From an uncultured delta proteobacterium (lineage in GTDB: Bacteria > Desulfobacterota > Binatia > UBA9968), in contig CAVUZH010000001.1 in the NCBI GenBank assembly GCA_963745835.1, positions 1 to 64,000 on the forward strand: a DNA stretch of 64,000 nucleotides, in the 5' to 3' direction. The notes under the pieces were generated by a model. It was not told the DNA's origin. It did no database searches and was given only the letters and a program-made list of their open reading frames with translations. The translations under genes were made by a program, and so were the position numbers. Of this stretch, positions 42,633-53,723 are shown piece after piece (within the stretch, counting starts at the first letter, position 1; every line of letters starts with the position of its first letter).

Positions 42633-42841
42633 GATATTAGACGGAAGAAATTCTGGCAAATTTGCAGTTGTAGAGCATTGGCGTCGGCCCGGGCTCGAAG
42701 CTTGCGGCTTTCACTCGGCCGAGCGACACGAACTGAACAACGGTTTGACGGCGTACCCACGCCTAACACCGCCTGCTCGCATTCTTAACTCAGTGGTTCC
42801 TGCAAGGCGGAAGACAGCCGCTCACCGGTGAGACGCGGATA

Positions 42842-44311
42842 TTACGGCCGGTTGGGCTTACCAACAAATCCCGGACCGAAGCCCGCTTCATGTGCCGCCC
42901 AAGCACCTGCTACCCGGCCGCTAAAAACTGAGGGGCCGAGCATCGTCCCTTCGAGTCCATTGCGTCCATTGATATGACCGCCCGCCATACCGGAAACCTC
43001 ACCTGCCGCATACAACCCGGGGATCGGCTCGAAGTGCTTGTTCAGCACGCGGCAGCGCAAGTCCGTTTTGACGCCGCCGAAATTTTTTCGTGCCAGCGGA
43101 AACAATTGGATCGCATAGTAGGGAGCCGTGTCGAATTTCTTGGAAAGCTTCAAGGATTTGCCGAACTTTGGTTCGGTTTCTAGCCCCCTGTCAAAGGCAT
43201 CATTGTAGTCTTTGACTTCAGAAAGAAACGAAGCTAAATCAACTTCGATCTTCTTGCCTAAATCCTCCAGGCTATCGGCTTTGCGAATATAGGGCGAATT
43301 ATCCAGAAGCTCCTGCACTTTGGCGTGGTCGATTACATCGCCGCGCCGATAATAGGGATCGGCCACGTCCATTTTTGCTGTCATTGGATGATCGAGAATG
43401 GCCCATGCGTGCGGCGGATTTTGCGCTAGCAGGGCGGGAGTCGCCGATGCGCCGCCGGTAATGGATTCGTTATGGAACCGCCTCCCTTGCTGATTGAACC
43501 AGATGTAACCTGGGGTCATGCGGAAGACCAGACCGCGTCTTTGTTGGGGATCGCGATAATCTGGGGTGGCATACACATAAAACCAGATGTGATCCATATG
43601 GGTGAGGTAGCCGCCTAGTTCTTTAATCATCTTATGACCGATACCTTTTGCGCCAAAACCAGAGCCTTCCATGACCCTGAATTTCTGGAATTCTGGCCGA
43701 ACCTCTAAGACCATGTCGAGATTCGAGTTGAAACCTCCGGTAGCAACCACAACTGCCTTGCTGAAGATTTCGATGGTTTCATTGTTGCTGATGGCGGTGA
43801 CGCCCACCACACGGCCATTTTTGGTGAGTAGTTTGCCCGCTCCGGTACCCGTCATAATTTTGATATTCGGCATCGACTCGGCAGTTTTGATTAGTGCGGT
43901 CATTAACCCGAGCCCATTGTTCTCCGGGCGATGCCAGCGCAGCACCCGGTTTCCTTCCTGGAATTTCATATCAACCCACTTGGCGCCGCAATTCTCGGCC
44001 CAGTGGTAAAGGTCATGCAGCGTATGTTCGAGATAGTATCGCGCCCAGACCTCATCCGCCGATCCGCCGCCCCATTTAACCCAGTCTTCAAACGCCAGAT
44101 CCGGAGTGTCTTCGATCCCGTGCGACTTTTGTAGCGGCGTACCGACTATACAACAGCCGCCTCCGGAGATCGCCGCAGTGCCGCCACACTCCTCGGCTTG
44201 CTCTAACACAGCGGCGGTACCGCCAGCCCGGCCAACCTCGATCGCTGCGGGTATCCCTGCGCCGCCGCCGCCGATAATTGCAACATCAAACTCCAAGATT
44301 GAATTGACCAT
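42842..44311 (-). CDS. FAD-dependent oxidoreductase (flavocytochrome c flavin subunit / 3-ketosteroid dehydrogenase-like)
   Basis: IIGGGGAG, GGTAAISGG, ATGGF, IPGLYAAGE. Confidence 0.85.
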   Translation of the reverse strand: MVNSILEFDVAIIGGGGAGIPAAIEVGRAGGTAAVLEQAEECGGTAAISGGGCCIVGTPLQKSHGIEDTPDLAFEDWVKWGGGSADEVWARYYLEHTLHDLYHWAENCGAKWVDMKFQEGNRVLRWHRPENNGLGLMTALIKTAESMPNIKIMTGTGAGKLLTKNGRVVGVTAISNNETIEIFSKAVVVATGGFNSNLDMVLEVRPEFQKFRVMEGSGFGAKGIGHKMIKELGGYLTHMDHIWFYVYATPDYRDPQQRRGLVFRMTPGYIWFNQQGRRFHNESITGGASATPALLAQNPPHAWAILDHPMTAKMDVADPYYRRGDVIDHAKVQELLDNSPYIRKADSLEDLGKKIEVDLASFLSEVKDYNDAFDRGLETEPKFGKSLKLSKKFDTAPYYAIQLFPLARKNFGGVKTDLRCRVLNKHFEPIPGLYAAGEVSGMAGGHINGRNGLEGTMLGPSVFSGRVAGAWAAHEAGFGPGFVGKPNRP

Positions 44312-44576
44312 CGCGATCTCCTTTATACGCCTGCATTGCCGACGATTATCACCGTTTTTGTCTTGGGGTCAAATATCCTGGGATTAACGTCGATTTATGT
44401 TGCAATCTCATGAGCGGGCCAATAGCTCCCCGTAACATCAACCCTTGGCTGCTGAAACCATTTCGCTCAGGTAAATCAGGTTGCGACACACTGAGTTTCT
44501 CGCTTGCCAATCCTCTAATTTTTCTATAAGCGAGAGAAAAGCCGTTCGGCTCATGAAGGCTAGGAGGGATCTGACG

Positions 44577-45560
44577 ATGCTCTCTGTTAAAGCACCTCAG
44601 CTTTGGTGGCTGATTTTCCCCCTTTTCCTTTTCACTCGGAGTCCTGCCGCTGGCGCAGAAAATATGCGCGTTGCGCACCCGTCGCTTTCTTCATCGGTCA
44701 TTTGCCTGCTCATCGCTAACAAAGAGGGCTACTTCAAAGAAGAGGGCCTCAATGTCGAGTTCCTGAGTATACGTGGCGAGATCGCCATCCGAACGGCGCT
44801 TGCTGGCGAAGTGGACTTCTTCACTAATGCGGGAAGCGCGATGGCGGCGGCAGCGCGCAATGTACCGGTGAAGATACTTGCCGTATTTCAAGACAGACCT
44901 GGTTGGGATTTGATTGCCCAGCCGAATATTAAATCCATCTCTCAATTGCGGGGTAGTACCATTGCTATAATGTCGCCCGAAGGATCGTTAGCGGTTGTGA
45001 CTCGGGAAATTCTCAAAAAGAATGGTATGGATCCCGCGAAAGACGCCAATTTGGTCGTCATGGGCGGCGACGACGTTCGTCTGCCGGCGATGAAGGCGAA
45101 AGCGATCCAAGCCTCATTGTTCAATGCTGCTGCCAGTGTTCGGGCGCAAAAAGATGGATTCGTTAAGTTAGCATCGGCCAGCGAATACGCCACCACCCTG
45201 CAGGGCGGTCTGGCGACCACGGAAGAGAAGATCAGGCAGCATCCGGCGCGCATGGCAAAGTTCATTCGTGGCAGTCTGAAGGGATTGCAGTTCTTCATCA
45301 ATAAGCGGGATGCGTCGGTGAAGTACATGATGGAGTTTCTGAAGACGAACGACCGTGAAATGGCTGCGGCAATTTATGATATCGAAACAAAGCTTATTGT
45401 GCGTGACGGTGTCAGCGAAGAAAAAGTTTTGCAGCCGATGATTGATGAGATGAAAAGGGCGACAAAAACTCAGCGCGACATGAAAGTAAACGATGTTTTT
45501 GACTTTAGTTTAGTGCATAAAGCGAACGAAGAACTGAAGATGAGCGGCTGGCGCCCGTAA
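44577..45560 (+). CDS. NMT1/SsuA-type ABC substrate-binding protein (orphan)
   Basis: AGGAGG SD before ATG 44577; signal peptide; EGYFKEEGLNVE, ALAGEVDF. Confidence 0.85.
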   Translation: MLSVKAPQLWWLIFPLFLFTRSPAAGAENMRVAHPSLSSSVICLLIANKEGYFKEEGLNVEFLSIRGEIAIRTALAGEVDFFTNAGSAMAAAARNVPVKILAVFQDRPGWDLIAQPNIKSISQLRGSTIAIMSPEGSLAVVTREILKKNGMDPAKDANLVVMGGDDVRLPAMKAKAIQASLFNAAASVRAQKDGFVKLASASEYATTLQGGLATTEEKIRQHPARMAKFIRGSLKGLQFFINKRDASVKYMMEFLKTNDREMAAAIYDIETKLIVRDGVSEEKVLQPMIDEMKRATKTQRDMKVNDVFDFSLVHKANEELKMSGWRP

Positions 45561-45857
45561 ATACGATGTTTCTCATTGGATCTGAGTTTTTGTTGCCGCG
45601 GCACGTGACCATTATGGCCGCGCGGTCTTTTGTCTATTCCTCTACAGGCAAAGAGGGACAAAGAGAGTCTGAATTGGAACTCCGGCCATGCTGCTTTTTG
45701 GTCATTTCTGGTCCTCGTACTTGTTAGACATCGCGTTCTGCACACATTCGCTTTTACTGATCTACTGAAAATTGGGCGATAGAATCCTTCGGCCTGCCCG
45801 CGTCTCAACTTGTGGCTGACCTTCCACTTTGCTACAAGACAGGACTCACCTAACGTC

Positions 45858-47105
45858 ATGCGTTTGTCTCCCACTCCCTGGTTAGTTGCTGCTCTTGCCT
45901 TCGTCGTTCTCGGGTTTTCGCGCGGGCTGCATTCCTCATTTGGAGTTTTCAACGTCGCATTGCTTGATTCCTTCAACTGGAGCCGAGGCGCGACCGCCGG
46001 TATTTTCTCCGTTGTTCTTACGATTGACGCGATGTTGTCGCCGGTTGCCGGATATCTTCTCGACCGTTATGGAGCAAAAAAAATTGTGCTCGCCGGATGC
46101 CTTACTTTGGCATTGGGGCTTTTTTTAAGCAGCCAGGTAAGCGAGCTTTGGCACTTGTATATCTGCTTTGGTCTTATTACTGCTTTTGGCTTTACCTTTG
46201 TCGGCATGGTGCCGCACGTCTTTCTGATTTCCGAATGGTTCTCCTCAAATCGGGCCTCCGCTATAGGCGTCGTCTACGCCGGCTCCGGCGTAGGAATCAT
46301 GATTCTCGCGCCGCTCAGCGCATGGCTGATCGCGGCTTATGGTTGGGCGCGAGCTTTGGAGATTTACGCGGCAGTGGTTTTGATTTCACTCTTGCCGTTG
46401 GTGTGGATCTTTTATCAGCACGGACCGTTCGGCGAAAAGTTCCGCCATCATGGACAGAAAAGGAGTCAGCAAAAGCAATGGACGGCAAAGCTCGCGTTGA
46501 AAAGCCTTCAGTTTTGGCTGCTTTTCTTCGCGCGCATCTGCGCCGCGGCCGGTACGACCGTCATTGTGACTCATCAAGTCGCTCACGTTGTGGAGGTTGG
46601 CTATAGTCAATTGCTGGCTGCGTCCATTTTTGGTTTCGCGGGTATCACGAGCAGCTTTGGTCGGGTGGTTTTCGGTTTCATCGCCGATCGGTTGTCGAGA
46701 CAAGCCGCCTATACGCTCAACATCGCGATGACGTTGGTCGGTGTTGGCGCTCTAATGATCCTGCAGGATCCCAGCCAAACCTGGTTACTTTACGTCTACG
46801 TGATCTTCTTTGGCATAGGTTTCGGTTCCCGGGCGGTCATTTTCTCAGCTTTGACCGCAGACATCTTTTCCGGAAAAGGCTTTGGTTCGATTCTCGGTTA
46901 CTCGACAGTGGCCGTTGGCGTTGGCGGTGCGCTGGGCTCCTGGTTGGGTGGCGTATATTACGACTGGACCGGCAGTTATCTTGTTTCGTTTGGGTTATCG
47001 GGTTTGGTGCTGTCCTTATCTGACATTTGCATCTGGTTGGCTGCGGTTCCATCTGTGGCTAACTACGACAAGCGACTTTGGCGAGAGAGTCCAACGGCGC
47101 GATAA
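45858..47105 (+). CDS. MFS transporter (OFA/MCT-like)
   Basis: About 12 TM; FNWSRG, GYLLDRYG, GFIADRLS. Confidence 0.88.
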   Translation: MRLSPTPWLVAALAFVVLGFSRGLHSSFGVFNVALLDSFNWSRGATAGIFSVVLTIDAMLSPVAGYLLDRYGAKKIVLAGCLTLALGLFLSSQVSELWHLYICFGLITAFGFTFVGMVPHVFLISEWFSSNRASAIGVVYAGSGVGIMILAPLSAWLIAAYGWARALEIYAAVVLISLLPLVWIFYQHGPFGEKFRHHGQKRSQQKQWTAKLALKSLQFWLLFFARICAAAGTTVIVTHQVAHVVEVGYSQLLAASIFGFAGITSSFGRVVFGFIADRLSRQAAYTLNIAMTLVGVGALMILQDPSQTWLLYVYVIFFGIGFGSRAVIFSALTADIFSGKGFGSILGYSTVAVGVGGALGSWLGGVYYDWTGSYLVSFGLSGLVLSLSDICIWLAAVPSVANYDKRLWRESPTAR

Positions 47106-47276
47106 CCAGGCTCTCCCGGCGCACCTGAGCATTGCTCATCAGTGCATTCGCCGCCGCATGTGCTATCTTGGTCCCCGCTAACTCTTGGTTCAACAAAACG
47201 CCAACCTGCTTAGCCTCGCCTAGCGCGATCACCGCTGCGTCAACCTTGAGGGTGTGACGAGAAGTTGTTATTTTGA

Positions 47277-47654
47277 ATGTCTCGGATTCCCATGGATGCC
47301 CGCTTGCGCGAAGGGATAAATCTTTTCAATCAGGGTCGTTTTTTTGAGGCTCACGAAAACTGGGAGATGCTCTACCAGAGCGCCGAGATAAACGACAAAT
47401 CATTTCTCGAGGGATTGATCCAACTATCTGCGGCTTGCCGGTTGATCGACGATTTCGGCGAGATCAGAGGACCGGTTAAGTTAATCTACCAAGCGCTTAT
47501 CCGCTTTGAGAATTATCAACCCACCTATTTGGACGTCAAGGTGGCCGACCTGGCTGTGGCGATGGAGGCCTGGGCCAAAGAGCTCGAGGCTAGCGGTGTT
47601 AGAGGACGGAAGCCTGTACCAACTATCGCCGTGCGGCGCTTCGGGTTTTTCTAA
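47277..47654 (+). CDS. DUF309-family protein
   Basis: LFNQGRFFEAHENWE…LEGLIQ. Confidence 0.85.
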   Translation: MSRIPMDARLREGINLFNQGRFFEAHENWEMLYQSAEINDKSFLEGLIQLSAACRLIDDFGEIRGPVKLIYQALIRFENYQPTYLDVKVADLAVAMEAWAKELEASGVRGRKPVPTIAVRRFGFF

Positions 47655-50600
47655 ATGAGCCTTTCACAATTGGAAGAGACACTGCGTCGCTTTCTCAATG
47701 GGCGGTGGGCAGGAGCCAAGCGACTTCAGGGTCTCCAGGGCGGTGCGCTTGCCTATGTGTTGGGGCTGGCTGCGGAACAAAACAACCGCCCAATGCTGGT
47801 CATCGCCGCTAGCGCTCAGAGTGCCGAAAACTTGCATCGCGATCTTAGCTTCTTTATCGGTGAGGAGCCCTCGTTAGCTCCATTCCGTAAAAGGCTTCAT
47901 CTGTTCCCATCGTGGGAGGTTCTTCCGTTCGAGAAGTTATCTCCTCATCCCGACAATCTCGCTGGACGACTAGAGGGACTCTATAAGCTCGTTGAAGAGC
48001 CGGCGCCTATCTTAATATCAACCCCTGCCGCGCTGATGCAGAAAGTCATCCCGCGAGATGCCCTAAAACGATCTTACCTCTACATTGTTGCCGGTCAGGA
48101 TCTGTCCCGTGAAGTGTTAACTGAGCATCTGGCGCAGTGGGGCTTTCAGAACGTTCCGCTGGTGGAAGAATATGGTGACTTCAGCGTGCGTGGCGGCATC
48201 ATCGATCTATTTTCCCCGGGTTACAAGTTGCCGATCCGCTTGGAGTTCGATGGCGATCGTTTGGAATCCATCCGCGAATTCAATCCCTCGAGTCAACGCT
48301 CGGAGGGAGTCTTAGAAGACCTTCTTTTGTTGCCGGTGAAGGAATTTTCGCTCAAGCGAGTTGGCACCGATCACATCGTCAGGAAACTGGACCAGCGCGG
48401 GATCGAGTTGGATATGGACAGGCGCGAGAAAAATGCTTTGCTGGATTCGATCAAGGAAGGCATTCCTTTTCCCGGCATCGAATTCTTACTTCCATATTTC
48501 TATCACGAACTGACATCGGTGTTTTCTTACCTGCCATTCGATACGTTGGTTTGTCTGGCGGGGGCGGATCGGGTCGAAGCAGAGGTTGAGCGATTTGCGA
48601 AACTGGCCTGGGATCGCAATGCCAAAGCAAAAGAAGAAGGACGCTTGGTGGCACCCGCGGAAGGGCTCTTTCTCCACGAGCATGAATGGCGCGCGGCCAT
48701 GGAACCTTTGGCTCAAGTCAATTGCGAAGCATTGACCATCATGGCTGCCTCGGAGCGCTTGCAGGAATCGACCTTAACGATTGATTCGTTCCTTACCAAC
48801 GACATCCAGCACGAAAGTCTCATTAAGCACGGCAAAGAGCCGTCGTTGGCGCCGCTCGTCGAACGACTCGGTAGATGGCAGGACCAAAAAGTAATTTTTG
48901 TTGCGCCAACCAGAGGCGATGCTGGTCGATTGCGAGAGTTACTGGGCCATTACGAAATCGACGTTCCGGTGATGGAGCAACCGGTTAATGCGCTGCTGAG
49001 CACGGCTAAGCTCCCCCGGGCAATCGTCCTGGGTCATCTCAATCAAGGATTCCGTCTGCCGGCCGCGGGCTTGGTCGCCATGACTTTCGACGAGATTTTC
49101 GGAACTCACAAGCGCCATTCCACGACGTTGGCCAAAAAGCACCCGAGCCATTTTCTCACCAGCTTGAGCGAACTGAAGCAGGATGATTTCGTGGTTCATC
49201 TCGATCATGGCATCGGCGTTTACCGCGGCCTGAAATTTCTGACGGTGGCCGGCGTCCAAGGCGAGTTTCTGCACTTGGAGTATGAGGCCGGGGATCGGCT
49301 TTACCTGCCGGTAGACCGCATCAATGTCGTGCAGAAGTACATCGGTGGCGATGGTGCGCAGCCTTCGCTCGACAAGCTCGGCGGCACCTCCTGGGAACGG
49401 GTCAAGGCCAAAGCCCGCAAATCGATTTTCGCAATGGCGGAGGAACTGATTCAGCTCTATGCGGTGCGTGAAGCTCGCCAAGGCAATGCTTTTGCGCCGC
49501 CGGATGCGCTTTACCGCGAGTTCGAAGCCGGTTTTGAATTTGAAGAAACGCACGATCAACAGCGCGCCATCGACGAATCTCTTACCGATATGCAGCGACC
49601 AAAGCCGATGGATCGATTGGTGTGCGGCGATGTCGGTTTCGGCAAGACCGAGGTGGCGATGCGCGCTGCCTTTCTAGCAGTGGAGGGCGGCAAGCAGGTG
49701 GGGGTGCTGGCGCCGACGACGATTCTGGCGCAACAGCACCTACAAACTTTTCGCCATCGCTTTCGCAATCATCCCGTGCGCATCGAAATGGTCAGCCGTT
49801 TTTTGACAAGTAAGGAGATCGAACAGGTTCTCAAGGATGCGGCGAGAGGGATCGTCGATATCGTCATCGGCACACATCGGCTGCTGCAAAAAGATGTCGA
49901 GTTCAAGGATCTAGGCCTGGTAATTATCGATGAGGAGCATCGATTCGGGGTGGCGCATAAGGAGCGCCTTAAAAAGTTGCGTCAGATGGTCGACGTCATG
50001 AGCCTTACGGCGACGCCGATCCCGCGCACGCTCCATATGTCGATTATCGGTATACGCGATTTGAGCATTATCGAAACTCCGCCGGTTGACCGCCTGGCAA
50101 TCCAAACCTATGTTACTCGCTACGATGAGCGGCTGATTCGCGATGCGATCTTGCGCGAATTGGAACGTGGCGGACAGGTATTTTTTTTACACAACCGAGT
50201 TGAAACAATCGATCGGATCGCCATGAAACTTGCCGACCTGATTCCCGAAGCCAAGCTGGCTGTGGCACATGGTCAAATGAAACCCAAAGATCTGGAAAGA
50301 GTGATGCTCAAGTTTCTCAACAATGAGACCCAAGTCCTGGTCTGCTCGGCGATTATCGAGTCGGGCCTGGATTTTCCCAACGCCAACACCATCATTATCA
50401 ACCGCGCCGATCGGTTTGGCTTGGCGCAACTGTACCAGTTAAGAGGGCGGGTTGGCCGCTCGCACCGGCATGCTTATGCTTATCTCCTCATTCCCGGCGA
50501 ACAGGCGATTACTCCAGACGCGGAGAAGAGACTGCGGGCGCTTCAAGAGATCGATGGGCTGGGTGGCGGGTTCAAATTAGCGCTGCACGATCTGGAAATC

Positions 50601-51215
50601 CGCGGCGCGGGTAATCTTTTGGGGCAGCAGCAGTCCGGTAATATTACCGCGGTTGGATTTGAGCTTTACACCGAAATGATGGAAAATGCCGTCCGTGAAC
50701 TTAGAGGCGAAGAAGTGACGCCCAACGTCGAACCGGAAATCCGTTTAGGCATCTCCGCTTATTTTCCCGATGATTATATTCCCGATGTGAATCAGCGTTT
50801 GTTTTTCTACAAGCGGCTGGCGAGCTTGCGTAGTCCGCTTGAGCTGGAGGAGATCAAGGAAGAGATCCGGGATCGGTTTGGTCCTTATGGCGCCGCAGTG
50901 GAAAATCTCTTTTTGGTTATGAATCTGCGCCGCGTGCTCAAAGAATTTCTGGTGCAGCAGATCAGCGTGTCTGACGGGAGAGTCTTTTTGCTGTTTCACC
51001 CGCAATCACCGGTGAAAATCGAAAAACTCCTGGAATTGATCAACAAACCGAAGAGCCGCTTCAGGCTAGCACCGGACGGCCGGCTGTCGTTCTCACCGAA
51101 GAACCAAGAATGGGAAATCTTGGTTAGTGAAGTGGAAGAGTTGCTCTATAGCATTCATGAGCCTGCGGTGAATATGGCGCCCAGTTCCATACCCCTGCAT
51201 GATAGTGCGATGTAG
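47655..51215 (+). CDS. mfd: Transcription-repair coupling factor
   Basis: UvrB-homology region, RID (VVHLDHGIG), CGDVGFGKTE, DEEH, TRG motif, TRCF domain. Confidence 0.97.
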   Translation: MSLSQLEETLRRFLNGRWAGAKRLQGLQGGALAYVLGLAAEQNNRPMLVIAASAQSAENLHRDLSFFIGEEPSLAPFRKRLHLFPSWEVLPFEKLSPHPDNLAGRLEGLYKLVEEPAPILISTPAALMQKVIPRDALKRSYLYIVAGQDLSREVLTEHLAQWGFQNVPLVEEYGDFSVRGGIIDLFSPGYKLPIRLEFDGDRLESIREFNPSSQRSEGVLEDLLLLPVKEFSLKRVGTDHIVRKLDQRGIELDMDRREKNALLDSIKEGIPFPGIEFLLPYFYHELTSVFSYLPFDTLVCLAGADRVEAEVERFAKLAWDRNAKAKEEGRLVAPAEGLFLHEHEWRAAMEPLAQVNCEALTIMAASERLQESTLTIDSFLTNDIQHESLIKHGKEPSLAPLVERLGRWQDQKVIFVAPTRGDAGRLRELLGHYEIDVPVMEQPVNALLSTAKLPRAIVLGHLNQGFRLPAAGLVAMTFDEIFGTHKRHSTTLAKKHPSHFLTSLSELKQDDFVVHLDHGIGVYRGLKFLTVAGVQGEFLHLEYEAGDRLYLPVDRINVVQKYIGGDGAQPSLDKLGGTSWERVKAKARKSIFAMAEELIQLYAVREARQGNAFAPPDALYREFEAGFEFEETHDQQRAIDESLTDMQRPKPMDRLVCGDVGFGKTEVAMRAAFLAVEGGKQVGVLAPTTILAQQHLQTFRHRFRNHPVRIEMVSRFLTSKEIEQVLKDAARGIVDIVIGTHRLLQKDVEFKDLGLVIIDEEHRFGVAHKERLKKLRQMVDVMSLTATPIPRTLHMSIIGIRDLSIIETPPVDRLAIQTYVTRYDERLIRDAILRELERGGQVFFLHNRVETIDRIAMKLADLIPEAKLAVAHGQMKPKDLERVMLKFLNNETQVLVCSAIIESGLDFPNANTIIINRADRFGLAQLYQLRGRVGRSHRHAYAYLLIPGEQAITPDAEKRLRALQEIDGLGGGFKLALHDLEIRGAGNLLGQQQSGNITAVGFELYTEMMENAVRELRGEEVTPNVEPEIRLGISAYFPDDYIPDVNQRLFFYKRLASLRSPLELEEIKEEIRDRFGPYGAAVENLFLVMNLRRVLKEFLVQQISVSDGRVFLLFHPQSPVKIEKLLELINKPKSRFRLAPDGRLSFSPKNQEWEILVSEVEELLYSIHEPAVNMAPSSIPLHDSAM

Positions 51216-51329
51216 TGACCCTTACATGGATCACATTTTGACGCGGCGAGGTTTGGCTTTTTTCGACCATCGTGTTACGCCTAAACAAGTCTATATACCC
51301 AACACATCATCTGCCGGGGTAAGATTCTT

Positions 51330-52649
51330 ATGCTGAGGCATGCCTTTAGAAACAGCTTTTTGATCATATCTTTTCTGCTTCTTATTCCCTTGTCACTGCA
51401 GGGCCGAGTCGTTGAACAGATTGTTACGGTGATCGATGGGGAGCCGTACACTCTCACAAATATTGCCGCCTACGCGAAGAGCAAGATGGGGCGAGAGTTC
51501 CCCGTCGGGTCACTGGAAAAAATCAACGGCAGCGATCGAGAAGTACTGGAGCAGTTTATTACGGAAAAGCTGCTCGACGCGGAAATACGCGAGGCTGGAA
51601 TCAAAGTTACCGACCAGGATATCGAAGTCTACATAGATCAGATCAAGCAGAAGAATCGTCTCACGGACGCGGATTTGAAAACTGCCTTGAGCCGTGAGGG
51701 ACAAACCTTGCAGGGCTACAAGGCTTCAGTCCGAGCCGAGCTTGAGAAAGGTGAGTTGATCAATCGTCAGGTGCGAAAGAAAGTCAATATCACCGATGAG
51801 GACGTCGAACGATACTACAAGCTGAATTCGAAGAACTATAGGGCCGATGATCGCGCTCGGATTCGTCATATCTTGCTGCCGCTGTCCGAGAAAGCTTCGC
51901 CAGAAGAAGTACAAGCGGCGGTCGCAAAGGGCAACGGGTTGTACGATCAAATTGCCGCGGGCGAAGATTTCGCCAGGTTGGCGCAAAAATATTCCGACGG
52001 GGCTGGCCGGGAATCAGGTGGCGATATTGGCTGGGTAAATCGTGGAACCTTGTTGAAGCCCATCGAGGATGCTGCGTTCGACAAGCTTTCGGTCGGCGAA
52101 GTCAGCCGCCCGATCCGGAGCAGCATGGGTTTGCACTTGGTTAAACTGGAGAGCCGGAATCTCGGCGCGGTTCTTCCATTATCTTCAGTGGCTTCCAGGA
52201 TCAAGGAAGAGCTCTACACCAAAGCGATGGAGGAGCGTTACTCTAAATGGCTCAAAACCGAGCTGCGTCGCAAGCATACTGTCGATGTAAAAATTGCCGG
52301 GGTCGTATTCAAGCCGGAAGATTCGAAGGAAGATACCATGGGTTCCCTGATGGCCAAGTCTCCTCGGCTTAACCGAAAAGAGGAGCGTGGGTTTTTAGGT
52401 TATTTGAATCCACTTTCGTATGTGATCAAGGAAACCGCGTCTGATGAACAAGATCAGAAAACGGGACCGCTAGCCGGCAAGAATGTCGTTAGCGTCTTCG
52501 GCGTGCCGCTTTTTACTACGGATCGAGTCGATGATGTTCCCGATATACTCTCTCCACCCGTGCAGTCTGAAAAAAATTCGGAACCACAAGAATCAGACAG
52601 CGGCTTTTTCTCCTCCATTGTAAACCGGTTGAACCCCTTCAAGCGCTAG
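51330..52649 (+). CDS. surA: SurA-like periplasmic chaperone/parvulin PPIase
   Basis: Signal peptide, SurA N-domain, RIRHILL…FARLAQKYSD…GGDIGW; mfd-surA-pdxA order. Confidence 0.82.
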   Translation: MLRHAFRNSFLIISFLLLIPLSLQGRVVEQIVTVIDGEPYTLTNIAAYAKSKMGREFPVGSLEKINGSDREVLEQFITEKLLDAEIREAGIKVTDQDIEVYIDQIKQKNRLTDADLKTALSREGQTLQGYKASVRAELEKGELINRQVRKKVNITDEDVERYYKLNSKNYRADDRARIRHILLPLSEKASPEEVQAAVAKGNGLYDQIAAGEDFARLAQKYSDGAGRESGGDIGWVNRGTLLKPIEDAAFDKLSVGEVSRPIRSSMGLHLVKLESRNLGAVLPLSSVASRIKEELYTKAMEERYSKWLKTELRRKHTVDVKIAGVVFKPEDSKEDTMGSLMAKSPRLNRKEERGFLGYLNPLSYVIKETASDEQDQKTGPLAGKNVVSVFGVPLFTTDRVDDVPDILSPPVQSEKNSEPQESDSGFFSSIVNRLNPFKR

Positions 52650-52697
52650 CCCTCCGGTTCTCTGTTAAGCTGCCCGATCTCGGATCCATCTAAGCTT

Positions 52698-53723
52698 ATG
52701 TCGCGTAAACCGATAGTTGCCGTAACTATGGGCGATCCTGCAGGGGTAGGCCCCGAAGTCATTCTGAAGGCGCTCAACCATCGGGCGGTGGGGCGGGCGT
52801 GCAATCCGCTGATTCTTGGGGATTGGGGAGTTCTCCAACGCGTCCGTGCCAGAAGTAAACGGCTTCCCAAGTTAATTTCCTGGCAATCCGGGATGCCGTT
52901 GTTGCCTCTATTACGTGGCAGTGGCGGCTTTGTCGTATGTCCTCTCTCGACCTTGCGTGAAAATGAATCGCGCCCGGGCCGGCCGGTAAAAGCGGGCGGG
53001 CATGCGGCCTATCGCTATATAACCGTGGCGGCTCGACTGGCCCTGTCGAGTGTAGCCGATGCGATTGCGACGGCACCTATCAGCAAGAGTATCTTGATCG
53101 ATGCAGGCTATAACTATCCGGGGCATACCGAACTTCTTGCGGAGCTCAGCCGGACGCCGGAATGTCGCATGATGTTGATCGGCAAAAAACTGCGAGTTGT
53201 CCTGGTGACCGGACATGTAGGTTATACCAAGGTGGTGCGCTCGTTGACGTGTGATGGCATTCGGACGACCCTGGAGCTGACCCATCGGGCTCTGAAAAAT
53301 TCGTTCGGGATCGCGCGGCCGCGCATCGCTGTAGCGGCTTTGAATCCGCACGGCGGTGAAGAAGGGATTTTCGGAAGTGAAGAAAAAGAGATAATCGTGC
53401 CCGGAGTTCAAGCCGCAAAACGCAAGGGAATTCCAGCATCCGGGCCGTTTCCGGCCGATAGTCTTTTTCACAAAGCCGCGCGCGGAGAATATGACGCGGT
53501 AGTCTGCATGTATCACGATCAGGGGTTGATCCCTCTCAAGCTGCATCATTTTTTTGGCGGAGTGGCGCTCACCTTAGGGCCGCCCTTCATTCGAACCTCG
53601 GTCGATCACGGCACAGCCTATGACATCGCCGGCTCCGGCAGAGCCGATGAAACCAGCATGGCGCAAGCGATCTTGCTTGCGGCAGAATTAGCCAGGCTAA
53701 GAATGAAGAGCAAAAATCATTGA
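52698..53723 (+). CDS. pdxA: 4-hydroxythreonine-4-phosphate dehydrogenase
   Basis: TMGDPAGVGPE, GHTELL, LNPHGGE, MYHDQG, RTSVDHGTA. Confidence 0.95.
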   Translation: MSRKPIVAVTMGDPAGVGPEVILKALNHRAVGRACNPLILGDWGVLQRVRARSKRLPKLISWQSGMPLLPLLRGSGGFVVCPLSTLRENESRPGRPVKAGGHAAYRYITVAARLALSSVADAIATAPISKSILIDAGYNYPGHTELLAELSRTPECRMMLIGKKLRVVLVTGHVGYTKVVRSLTCDGIRTTLELTHRALKNSFGIARPRIAVAALNPHGGEEGIFGSEEKEIIVPGVQAAKRKGIPASGPFPADSLFHKAARGEYDAVVCMYHDQGLIPLKLHHFFGGVALTLGPPFIRTSVDHGTAYDIAGSGRADETSMAQAILLAAELARLRMKSKNH

